From NCBI GenBank assembly GCA_027484965.1, contig JAIXRY010000006.1, positions 130,101 through 194,100 of the forward strand: a DNA stretch of 64,000 bases. The letters run 5' to 3'. Numbering within the stretch: position 1 is the first letter of the stretch; every line of letters begins with the position of its first letter. Under the pieces are notes generated by a model, which saw nothing but the letters and a program-made list of their open reading frames with translations, had not been told where the DNA came from and searched no databases. A program made the translations under genes and the position numbers. The DNA is from a bacterium. Lineage in GTDB: Bacteria > Patescibacteriota > Minisyncoccia > Phycocordibacterales > UBA9973. This document shows, one piece after another, positions 29,012-37,576 of the stretch.

Positions 29012-32000
29012 AAATTATTTTTAATATTATTTACTATAAGTTCTTTGTTATCATCACTCTCTATCCACTCTGAGTATCCAATTCTAAAGAATGACCAACC
29101 AGCACTTTCAAGTACTCGCTGTCTTTGTATATCACTTTCAACATAAATACCATAAGCTTCATCTATATGATCTTTAAAGTGAGTTGGGCCATCACATTCA
29201 ATAGCTAGTTGTTTACCAGTGCTTAAGTTTGTTGCAACAAAATCAATCTTGAAACCACAACTCTCTACTTGATTTTGGATAGTATACCCCTTACCCAGTT
29301 TTTTCTTTAATAGATGATAGAATTCTTCTTCAAAATAACTATCAAACTTCTTAAGTATAAGTTTTGAGGCTGATACCTCTCCGTTATCTCTAACATACTC
29401 TAGGTATTTTTTTATCCAAATGCCAGAAGGTACTTTTTCTACAGGTAAACTCAAAATACAATGTACTTGTAGCTTCGCACGAGAGAATGCAACATTTACT
29501 CTACCAGCATTTATATCAGCTTGTATATCACCAGTTTCGCCAGTGAGAGGGCGATACTGCCTTTTTTGAGAAGGATCTCTTATAACAAAAGAATATATAA
29601 TAATATCTTTCTCGTCTCCTTGTATACCTTCGATGACTGAAATTTTTAACCTATCCCCCTCTTTTATTCTGTTGTCTTCAAAGACTTTTCTAATCAGCTC
29701 TGCTTGATCGTTAAAGAATGTAAGAACACCAAAAGTCTTACCTTCGTACTTTGGATCATTAACCATTTCTTGATATAGACTTAAAGCTTTAAGAGCTTCA
29801 GCGTAGTTAGTATTATCACTTATTTCTCCTACACCAGTATTTTCAATATTATGAATAACCATTATGCGGTTAGTATCTTGATATGTTAAATATTTATTAT
29901 TTAAAGCTATCAAACGCTTACCTTTAGGCTCGTAAAAATATTTATTACTAAATCCTATAAGTTCCATTGGGGAACGATAATGATATTGAAGTATTTTTGG
30001 TATACCAAATCTAGTTTTTGCAATATCTAGAACAGATTGCACAGCTGTGCCTGTAGGTTTTATCTGTAGACTTTCTGGTACTTTGTAACGACTAGCAAGT
30101 TGATCAAATGCTTGATTTGATTTAAACATAACAGTACTATCTCTCATTTGTTCTGGATCTCCAACAAATATAGCTTTTTTTGCTCTGTACATTGAAGGTA
30201 TTGTATAAGCAATATTACACTGAGACGCCTCGTCAAAGACTACGTAATCAAACAAGTTAGCCACTAGGGGTATGAGACGACTAGCGTCGTCTAGATCCAT
30301 AATCCAAATAGGCACTATGTTTAATATAGTTTCAAAGTTTGAGGGATCGTTTTTTAATTTATCAAAAGTTTTAAAAGCTTTCTTTGATTTTTTAAATGCT
30401 TTTTGTAGCTCTTGAAGTTTTCTCCATATTTTTACCTGTGAGGCATTTTTATTTATATTGTCTTCAATAATTGCAGATAAGTATTGAGAAATGATTTCTT
30501 TTCTACTAATTTGATTCTTATCAGTTACTTCTTTTTTTAGTTTAGATATTTCATTAATTAGATTGTTTTGATTGTGATTTAAAGTAATTCTTTCTGATAG
30601 TTTCTCTAATAATTCTGAAACTGTAAGGGACTTATCTTTCAAAAAACTAAATAGATTAGAAATTTCATCTTTTGAGAGTTCTAGATTTGTCTCTATTTCT
30701 ACGAGCGACTTCTCTAATTTCTCGTTTTCAATAATTAGTTCCCAATATGTACAAAAACCTAGAAGTTCCTCTAGTTCTTTTATTGCATTATGTCTAGAAA
30801 TATCTTTTGATAAAACACTGTTTATTTCATCATATATCTCTTTAGGTAATCGACTTAAGTGTTCTTTAAGTCGTAACTTTCTACTAAAATTATTTATGTA
30901 TCTTCCTAGATTAAAAGATCTATCAAAACCTGTTTTTTTAACATCAACAATAACTGTTTTAATCAAATCTGAAAAAGTATAATCTGAAAAAATTTCTTTT
31001 TCTAATGAATATCTTTTTGAAATACTTTCTAAGTCTTTTAAGAATTTATTATTTTGAGATATTTTTTCTTCTGTTTTTAAATACAATCTATATAAATCAT
31101 CAGTAAAATTAGTTAATATAGTCTGCTCACTTATATCTGGAAGTCCTTCTAAAAAAATATACTCTTTTTTCTTTTCTTCAATTTCGTACACACTTCGTTG
31201 TAAAGAAATAACTTTATCTCTTTTAGTAAGACTATTATTAATATTTTGAGTGAAGTCATCTAAGTTTACACTATCTTTTGAAATACCTTTATAAGCACCA
31301 TATGTATCTAGTGAAGATAATTGAGAAGATATTGTGTCTGCCTCCTCATCATTTACTTGCTCAAACTTCACACTAGGAATATATCCGAACAATAGAGGTA
31401 CCTCAAGTGTCTTAAGTTTATCTTTTACAACACGCAAAGCTTGAGGTTTTTGACTTACGAAGAGTACTTTATTTTTATTAACAGCTAAGTGTGAGATTAT
31501 GTTAGAAATAGTCTCTGATTTACCTGTACCTGGAGGCCCTTGTATAATAGAGGCTTTATTGCCTAAAAGAGTGGTGGTGGCCCGTTGAAATTTGTCGTAT
31601 GGAAATGGAAAGTATAGAGCTTTTTCTTCACAAACATCAGAGTTTACATTCAAACCTTCTTCTGAAAACCAACCCGATAACGATGTATCCTCTAAAAGTT
31701 CTTCCTTTTCTCTTGATAGTTTTGTAAGATCTTCAACAAGAAAGAAGTTTGCTCGTGGAGCAAGTGTTAGTCTTAAATCTTCAAGATTAAACGATTCTTC
31801 ATTAAATGTCGCATCTGTCAGTCTTAGTTTTGCTTTAAGCATGTGCCACAAATCTAAAAATATTTGTTCAGAAGAAATAGGTATAGAAAATCCACCATCA
31901 CTTTCTAGTTTTACATAATCATTTAAAAACTCGTAAACCAAATCTTCTTTTTTGTAAGTTCTAAATATTTCATAAAGAGGAGGTAAATTGAGACGAACTT

Positions 32001-32577
32001 CAAAATCAACAGGTACTACAGAGTATATGTCTATATTGTTTTTATCCTTTTCTTTCTCAACTCTAACCGGCAGTGAAAATAAATAAAATTGTTTTGATAC
32101 TAATTTTACTACTTCTTTTTCCTCAGTATTTTGTTTAATTTCTATATCTTCTTCCGTTTCAACTACTGCTTCTTCTAATACCTCAAAATCAAAACGACCA
32201 AAACGTAGTATGGTCTCTTTAGTGAAAGTATCATTTTTAGCTTTGCTATACACTTCATCTATTTGTAAAGCAAGATTTTTTTCTAATTTGTATTGATCAG
32301 CTATTTCCTCAGTAACATCTTTAGGGTCTGTGTTGTAATAGCAGTCGAGATTAACAATTTCTTTTAAGTTACCATCTATATCTCCATTAATAAGACTAGG
32401 TAAAGAGAAGTATTTTTGTGGTAATTTAACATCAATTGCAGTACCTCTATTAAAACCAGTTGGTTTTGTAAGACTAAGATATCCTAGACAATATTTAATA
32501 TACGAATTAAGTGAGAAGTTCATAATGATAATTATAGCAAAAAAAACCCTAAAGATGGAGTAGAAAGAACGACTCAC
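29008..32577 (-). CDS. superfamily-1 (Upf1/DNA2-like) helicase with long coiled-coil insertion, fused to C-terminal DUF559 endonuclease-like domain
   Basis: Walker A IIQGPPGTGKSETISN, Walker B VVFDEASQ ~430 aa later, motif YRSPMELIGFSN (AAA_12), C-terminal GFKIDFVATN...AIECDGPTHF...ESAGWSFFRIGYSEW (DUF559/Vsr-like fold). Confidence 0.75.
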   Translation of the reverse strand: MSRSFYSIFRVFFAIIIIMNFSLNSYIKYCLGYLSLTKPTGFNRGTAIDVKLPQKYFSLPSLINGDIDGNLKEIVNLDCYYNTDPKDVTEEIADQYKLEKNLALQIDEVYSKAKNDTFTKETILRFGRFDFEVLEEAVVETEEDIEIKQNTEEKEVVKLVSKQFYLFSLPVRVEKEKDKNNIDIYSVVPVDFEVRLNLPPLYEIFRTYKKEDLVYEFLNDYVKLESDGGFSIPISSEQIFLDLWHMLKAKLRLTDATFNEESFNLEDLRLTLAPRANFFLVEDLTKLSREKEELLEDTSLSGWFSEEGLNVNSDVCEEKALYFPFPYDKFQRATTTLLGNKASIIQGPPGTGKSETISNIISHLAVNKNKVLFVSQKPQALRVVKDKLKTLEVPLLFGYIPSVKFEQVNDEEADTISSQLSSLDTYGAYKGISKDSVNLDDFTQNINNSLTKRDKVISLQRSVYEIEEKKKEYIFLEGLPDISEQTILTNFTDDLYRLYLKTEEKISQNNKFLKDLESISKRYSLEKEIFSDYTFSDLIKTVIVDVKKTGFDRSFNLGRYINNFSRKLRLKEHLSRLPKEIYDEINSVLSKDISRHNAIKELEELLGFCTYWELIIENEKLEKSLVEIETNLELSKDEISNLFSFLKDKSLTVSELLEKLSERITLNHNQNNLINEISKLKKEVTDKNQISRKEIISQYLSAIIEDNINKNASQVKIWRKLQELQKAFKKSKKAFKTFDKLKNDPSNFETILNIVPIWIMDLDDASRLIPLVANLFDYVVFDEASQCNIAYTIPSMYRAKKAIFVGDPEQMRDSTVMFKSNQAFDQLASRYKVPESLQIKPTGTAVQSVLDIAKTRFGIPKILQYHYRSPMELIGFSNKYFYEPKGKRLIALNNKYLTYQDTNRIMVIHNIENTGVGEISDNTNYAEALKALSLYQEMVNDPKYEGKTFGVLTFFNDQAELIRKVFEDNRIKEGDRLKISVIEGIQGDEKDIIIYSFVIRDPSQKRQYRPLTGETGDIQADINAGRVNVAFSRAKLQVHCILSLPVEKVPSGIWIKKYLEYVRDNGEVSASKLILKKFDSYFEEEFYHLLKKKLGKGYTIQNQVESCGFKIDFVATNLSTGKQLAIECDGPTHFKDHIDEAYGIYVESDIQRQRVLESAGWSFFRIGYSEWIESDDNKELIVNNIKNNL

Positions 32578-32590
32578 AAGACACTATTCT

Positions 32591-33112
32591 TTAGTATTTA
32601 AAAGCGGTACTTTTTTCAATTTTACTTAAATCAGATATATTTAAAATTTCATTTTTTGATTGTTTTTCTTTTAGATATTTACAGATAACTTCATCATCTT
32701 CTATCAAAACAATAAACTGTGGTAAAAAAGATTCTGAAAGAATTTTGTAAGCGCTTTTGCTCGGACAATGATTCATAACGAGACCTATATATCCTAACCA
32801 ATCAGGAAACTTAGTAACCACTTGAATATCTGTCAGCTTTGCTTCTACCACAATAGAGACTAATTTAATTTGATTTTCTTCACTTGTGTTTCTAAGGAAG
32901 TTACTATAATCATTCATTTCCTTTAGAGATGAGTTATTTTCTTTACCATTAGGCCAAAAAGAAGTATGGTCTGGATGCACACCTTGAATTAGTTTAGAAA
33001 AAGAAACTTTAAAAGCGTTGTGTCCACAAGTTGTACAATTTATATTCCAGCACCAATTATTTTGTGAGGCTATTTCACATAGGGCTACAAATGAGTTTCT
33101 TTGTTTTTTCAT
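32591..33112 (-). CDS. Cys-rich small protein (WCWNINCTTCGH), partner of the helicase-nuclease
   Basis: 13-nt gap to helicase gene. Confidence 0.45.
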   Translation of the reverse strand: MKKQRNSFVALCEIASQNNWCWNINCTTCGHNAFKVSFSKLIQGVHPDHTSFWPNGKENNSSLKEMNDYSNFLRNTSEENQIKLVSIVVEAKLTDIQVVTKFPDWLGYIGLVMNHCPSKSAYKILSESFLPQFIVLIEDDEVICKYLKEKQSKNEILNISDLSKIEKSTAFKY

Positions 33113-33147
33113 TATTGTTTATTTTTATTAATTTTCTATTATAAATT

Positions 33148-33180
33148 TTTAAGCTTTTCAACGCTTTGTAACGCTTTGTA
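33148..33180. promoter_or_regulatory. direct repeats (aacgctttgt)x3 plus nearby palindrome tagtagtttttactact in the helicase operon upstream region
   Basis: Seen directly; operator/iteron-like. Confidence 0.35.
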
Positions 33181-33318
33181 ACGCTTTTGAACCAAACTTT
33201 TTTCACTACTTTTTAGTAGTTTTTACTACTTTCTAATCACATTTTTTAATGTTAATTACTGTTAATTAATGTTTTCTATTGTTTTTGAAACAAGTATTTT
33301 GCAATATAAATTAATTTA

Positions 33319-33921
33319 TTAGACAACTTGTAAAAGTGTAGAGAATACGAAATGCATTCTATGGTTTTGAAACATGAAATTTGGATACATAAGCAACTCA
33401 AGAGCCATAATATATTCTTTGTTATAACCTATAAGATCGGCTATTTTATCTAAAAAACGTGCACCAACCGCATTGTTACCAATATTCAAAGGTTTGAACA
33501 TTAAACTATATATAGGATATGAGAGATAATCTTCGTATAGTTCATCAAATAACTCTTCTGCATTTAGAGAATATTTTTCTGTTGCATAAGATAATATATT
33601 TGATTTTAAGAATATATATTGTTCGTTTGTTAGATATTTATCTATTACAACACTTCTAAGTCTCTCTAAAATACATAAATTGGATACAAAAGTATATAAC
33701 TCAACTTTATTCCTTAATTCCCTATTATCTTCTTTAACATAGTGATAGAAAAGCTGATTTGTAAAGTCTAAAGACATACACGAAAGAATACCTGAAATAA
33801 TATTACTCTTTTCAATTAGAGCAGATTCAGAATTGTTTGAACCTTTAAGCTTTGAAATACCCTCTTCTATGTAGTACATTCTAAAACTATCTTTAATAGA
33901 CATTGATTTTTCTTTAGACAT
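33319..33921 (-). CDS. hypothetical protein (200 aa), third gene of a three-gene operon
   Basis: 4-nt gap to upstream gene. Confidence 0.45.
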   Translation of the reverse strand: MSKEKSMSIKDSFRMYYIEEGISKLKGSNNSESALIEKSNIISGILSCMSLDFTNQLFYHYVKEDNRELRNKVELYTFVSNLCILERLRSVVIDKYLTNEQYIFLKSNILSYATEKYSLNAEELFDELYEDYLSYPIYSLMFKPLNIGNNAVGARFLDKIADLIGYNKEYIMALELLMYPNFMFQNHRMHFVFSTLLQVV

Positions 33922-33924
33922 ATA

Positions 33925-34536
33925 TTATTTCTTACCTGAAGATTTAATTTCATGAAAACGATCTATTATCATATATCCAAGTGCAACCAATCTATCAGAA
34001 GGTTTAATCCATAGTTGTTTTTGAAATTTATCAGAATTGAAACTAAAAGTATTTAAAGAATTTTCTAAAATAGATAATTTATTATCTATCACCTCTTTTT
34101 TATATGTATAGTAATTTATAGACTCTCGCAGACCATCCATCAACATAATTCTATAGTCTTGGTCTTTACAGTGTTTTGTTATGTTTGGGAATTTTTCAGG
34201 ATTCAATTCATCAAGATATGTAAAGATATAATTCTCTTCTTCCTGTATATTTTTATATTCTTCATCTCTTTCACCATTTACATATCCTTCATCGTAAATA
34301 TGCTTTACACTTTCTTTTAGAGAAGAAACTATAGACTTGGTTATAATAAAAAATATAAGGAATATTGAAGCTAGAGATATAGAGCCAAATATCAATATAT
34401 TTTTAATACTAGTAAAATCAGAAGAGTTTATAACTAGAAAAGATATAGCGAGACAAGGTATTATCAGAAATAAAAATACAAATGATAGTATGTTTAATTT
34501 CTTTATTGTTCTATCTACTCCTCTTAAAATATACAT
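33925..34536 (-). CDS. membrane protein (203 aa, two N-terminal TM helices)
   Basis: ORF. Confidence 0.45.
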   Translation of the reverse strand: MYILRGVDRTIKKLNILSFVFLFLIIPCLAISFLVINSSDFTSIKNILIFGSISLASIFLIFFIITKSIVSSLKESVKHIYDEGYVNGERDEEYKNIQEEENYIFTYLDELNPEKFPNITKHCKDQDYRIMLMDGLRESINYYTYKKEVIDNKLSILENSLNTFSFNSDKFQKQLWIKPSDRLVALGYMIIDRFHEIKSSGKK

Positions 34537-34567
34537 ATTTGTATTCTTAGCTAATGTTATTAATTAT

Positions 34568-35173
34568 TTATGTAAAATTACCAGCAAGTTTTACTTTTTT
34601 AATTTTCTCAATATGATCAAATGGTCTAACAAACTTAGAACGATCTACAACAATTTCTTCATATTTTTTTGCAATTCTAACACCTAGAGTACCCCCTATT
34701 TGATCTTCAATTGGTTTTGATAGTCCGAAAGGAAAATCTGAGTCAAAAGAATTTACACCGTATCCAATCAAAGACCTACTAAAAATCTCATGGAAATCAC
34801 TGAAAACATATCCTTCAGGAATATTTATTGATCTACGAGGATGGTACATGTCTAAATAAAGAATGTCCCACACATTTCCTCCACAGGAAACGACTTCGTA
34901 TATATCTATATTTCCATCAGATCCAAGTCTGTGAAATATAAGCCCACCTTCATCAGTACGCAGTCTATTTAGATATTTAATTTCACCAATTGGCCCATTA
35001 ACGGGTACAGGATTTGTAGCAACTTTTCCAAATTCCCCTTTTGCGTTTGGTAGAACATTACAATCTAGACCATTAATAGATTCTTTACTTAGAAAATCTG
35101 GAAATCTTTCTAGATCTTTGATTTGATCTTCAATAGATTCGTCTTTAAATTTTTTCTTAAAAAAATTAAACAT
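34568..35173 (-). CDS. hypothetical protein (201 aa), first gene of the three-gene operon
   Basis: ORF. Confidence 0.45.
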   Translation of the reverse strand: MFNFFKKKFKDESIEDQIKDLERFPDFLSKESINGLDCNVLPNAKGEFGKVATNPVPVNGPIGEIKYLNRLRTDEGGLIFHRLGSDGNIDIYEVVSCGGNVWDILYLDMYHPRRSINIPEGYVFSDFHEIFSRSLIGYGVNSFDSDFPFGLSKPIEDQIGGTLGVRIAKKYEEIVVDRSKFVRPFDHIEKIKKVKLAGNFT

Positions 35174-35414
35174 ATTTTATAGTTTATTTAACAATTAAAA
35201 ATCACAATCTTGTTCCCATCGGCAAGAAGCACTGTTATCATGTTGCGGTAATGAATCTCTAAAACTTTGTGAAAATATAGATAAAAATAAAAATATAATA
35301 TTTACAAAAACTATTACAAACATAACAACATTATCGAATGATATAGATTTTAATAATTTATTATTTTTCATAAAAGTTTAAAGAATTAGCTAATAACCCT
35401 GCAATAGTGTTCCA

Positions 35415-35600
35415 AACAAAAATCCCATCACAAGGGTGATAGCTTTCGCTATCCATGCAAGTTTCCTTGCACGGCCGATCAGAGCAAGCCCTTTATGATG
35501 GGGTTTTTGCTCTGATCGGACTTTCGACCATATCCTATATATAAATATAGGGGTTAGGTCTCGTATTAAGTTGTAGTGTAATTATATATTATTTCTTATA
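35415..35600 (+). ncRNA. candidate structured 5' leader/cis-regulatory RNA, copy A
   Basis: ~75-80% identical to the reverse complement of 43030..43255; perfect 13-bp stem ccgatcagagcaa/ttgctctgatcgg and stem gatagc/gctatc whose counterparts in copy B carry fully compensatory changes; ends ~12 nt before ATG 35612. Confidence 0.55.
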
Positions 35601-35611
35601 TAATTTAAAAT

Positions 35612-36421
35612 ATGAAGAAAGCTACACCAAAGAATAGTAATATTCAATCAAATAAAACAAAAGAGTACAGAAAACTAAAACTTAAAGATTTTAACAAAAG
35701 CGAATTAGAGAAAACTTTATTGTTACTAAAACAATTAAAAAGACCTGGTATTGGTCATTACAAAATAAAAGAGAATGAGATACAAGGATTAACTAATGCA
35801 GATATTACATGGATTCTTAATGTAATAAATCCTATATATTCTGACCGTATAGATTCTATAGATATAACTGAATATGAAAAATATGCAGAAGGAGTAGAGG
35901 TGATTAAAACAAAAGATAAAATTACAATTAAAACTCCTGCTAATTTAATAGCAAATCCTGTATTTTTCTTCAGTGGTTTAGAGGATGGTGGTGGTAGATA
36001 TCTAGAAAGAACTTTTATGGTTGGGCCCCTACTTGATTCAGCTTTAGGTGATATTGAAAAATTATTAAAAAAATCAAAATATTATTTAACCATAAAAGAT
36101 GATATTTTTTATTATAACAACTCGCCTTTGAAAATTAGTAATCAAACTATTTTATATAGAGTTATAAAATGCGTATATGATTATTTTGAAGGTAAAAATG
36201 GTGAAATTCAATTTAAAGATCTACATAAAGAATTGAAGAAAATTAAAGGATTTAGTAGAAAAACAAAACCAGAATTATCTTTACTAATAAGACAAAATCT
36301 TACAAGTAAAAGTTCTGGTATTGGTAAGAAGATAGGATTAAGAAAAAGTGATGTAAATAATTTATTTAAAACAGAAGATTCAAAGAAATTAATATTTAAA
36401 AATGAAAAAGTAAACGATTAA
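35612..36421 (+). CDS. hypothetical protein (269 aa)
   Basis: ORF directly downstream of leader copy A. Confidence 0.5.
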   Translation: MKKATPKNSNIQSNKTKEYRKLKLKDFNKSELEKTLLLLKQLKRPGIGHYKIKENEIQGLTNADITWILNVINPIYSDRIDSIDITEYEKYAEGVEVIKTKDKITIKTPANLIANPVFFFSGLEDGGGRYLERTFMVGPLLDSALGDIEKLLKKSKYYLTIKDDIFYYNNSPLKISNQTILYRVIKCVYDYFEGKNGEIQFKDLHKELKKIKGFSRKTKPELSLLIRQNLTSKSSGIGKKIGLRKSDVNNLFKTEDSKKLIFKNEKVND

Positions 36422-36444
36422 GTGAAAAATTAAGATTTTTATAC

Positions 36445-36479
36445 AAAAAATAACCTTATTTTATAAAGGTTATTTTTTA
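36445..36479 (+). terminator. hairpin aaaataacctta-ttttat-aaaggttatttt with T-run
   Basis: Perfect inverted repeat after stop 36421. Confidence 0.6.
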
Positions 36480-36707
36480 TTGTCTCAAAAACTTATACAT
36501 TCGTTTACATTTAATCAGTTGAGTAACAATGGAGTTGTGCAACTATCAGACAAAGCAATTAAAGATCTACGAAATGAACTCATAAACAAATATGGGAGCG
36601 ATTTTAATTTGTCTGATCAGGAGCTAAATGAAATAGGATTATTACTTCTCACTTGTCTAGCTGAGAGTTTAAAACTTGAAGTTAGCAAGAAGAATAAATT
36701 CCTATAG
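36480..36707 (+). CDS. doubtful small ORF (TTG start flush against terminator)
   Basis: No ATG, no RBS space. Confidence 0.2.
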   Translation: MSQKLIHSFTFNQLSNNGVVQLSDKAIKDLRNELINKYGSDFNLSDQELNEIGLLLLTCLAESLKLEVSKKNKFL

Positions 36708-36709
36708 GA

Positions 36710-37075
36710 ATAGATACTGAGAGGATTAGGTAGGCGAACTCTATAAGCCCCCTCTTGGACGCCATTAAATTATAGAGACTTCATAGTCTAGATGCCTAGA
36801 GACAGCATTCTCTAGCCTCGGGAATAAGGAGACAAGCGGGACAAACAGGAACATTGTAAAACTATAATCCTGCCCGACACCATATAACTACGCACGTGAG
36901 GTAATGGTTAAAGCACGGTAAGAGTGACTTTTATGTAGGGAAAATATAGTTTCTGCGTTTGAAGCAAGAGTAAAAAGAATTGCTGAGCAGTTAGGTATAA
37001 AAGTTTTATTTCATAGGCTTTTAGTCTTTCTTTTTCCTCAAAAATAAGTTAGGAGGTATTCCGGTTAAAAATTTT
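36710..37075. ncRNA. GC-elevated ~360-nt non-coding stretch with nested palindromes, candidate structured RNA
   Basis: tctagatgcctaga, ctagaga...tctctag, no ORF, GC clearly above flanks. Confidence 0.3.
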
Positions 37076-37104
37076 ATTATAAGTTAACTTTAAAATTACA
37101 AATT

Positions 37105-37350
37105 ATGAAAAGTATAGAAAAGAGATTTAAGAAAATAGAAAAAAATAATAAGTTTTTAGGATCTTGTGTGGTTTTAGCAAAAGCCGTAGAAGGACAAAAT
37201 TTTGAACAAAGTGCAATAACAAGAGCTTTCGGTAAATTAGTACCAAAAGATGAATATTTAAGAAAAGAAAGAAGAGGTATAATAAAGTTCTTGACCAATC
37301 TTTCAACCCCCCTTGAGGACGACACGATAATGAAGAAAAATGACCTATAA
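37105..37350 (+). CDS. hypothetical small protein (81 aa)
   Basis: ORF with ATG. Confidence 0.35.
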   Translation: MKSIEKRFKKIEKNNKFLGSCVVLAKAVEGQNFEQSAITRAFGKLVPKDEYLRKERRGIIKFLTNLSTPLEDDTIMKKNDL

Positions 37351-37446
37351 GGAGTGTTAAATAGCAAATTTGACACGACGTACCAGTGACACAAAAAAAA
37401 TTCTTAGAAATGAAAAAATCTTGTAAATATGATAAAGTATAAGAGC

Positions 37447-37542
37447 TACACCAAAGGAAATATAAAAATGCATATCTAGATATTGTTTTAATGCATTTTT
37501 GTATATAAAAACGAGGTAATGACTTTCCTTTGGTGTAGCAAC
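37447..37542. promoter_or_regulatory. perfect 16-bp inverted repeat gctacaccaaaggaaa...tttcctttggtgtagc (plus gaggtaa/ttacctc) immediately upstream of serine recombinase gene
   Basis: Seen directly; candidate recombination/att site or operator. Confidence 0.4.
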
Positions 37543-37576
37543 TAAAAGCAACGTCGTTACCTCATTTTTATTTATT

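Noticed and set aside
33148-33180. Possible CRISPR array (short direct repeats)
   Set aside because: Only three contiguous 10-nt copies without spacers; no cas genes; no other regularly spaced repeat-spacer structure anywhere in the window.
36480-36707. 75-aa ORF with TTG start
   Set aside because: Start codon abuts the T-run of a terminator with no room for an RBS and no ATG in frame; kept only as a very low-confidence feature.
36710-37075. RNase P RNA
   Set aside because: Only a short GGTAAGAG-type match; the universally conserved P4 strands (AGGAAAGTCCGGGCUCC / ACAGAAnCCGGCUUA) are absent on both strands.
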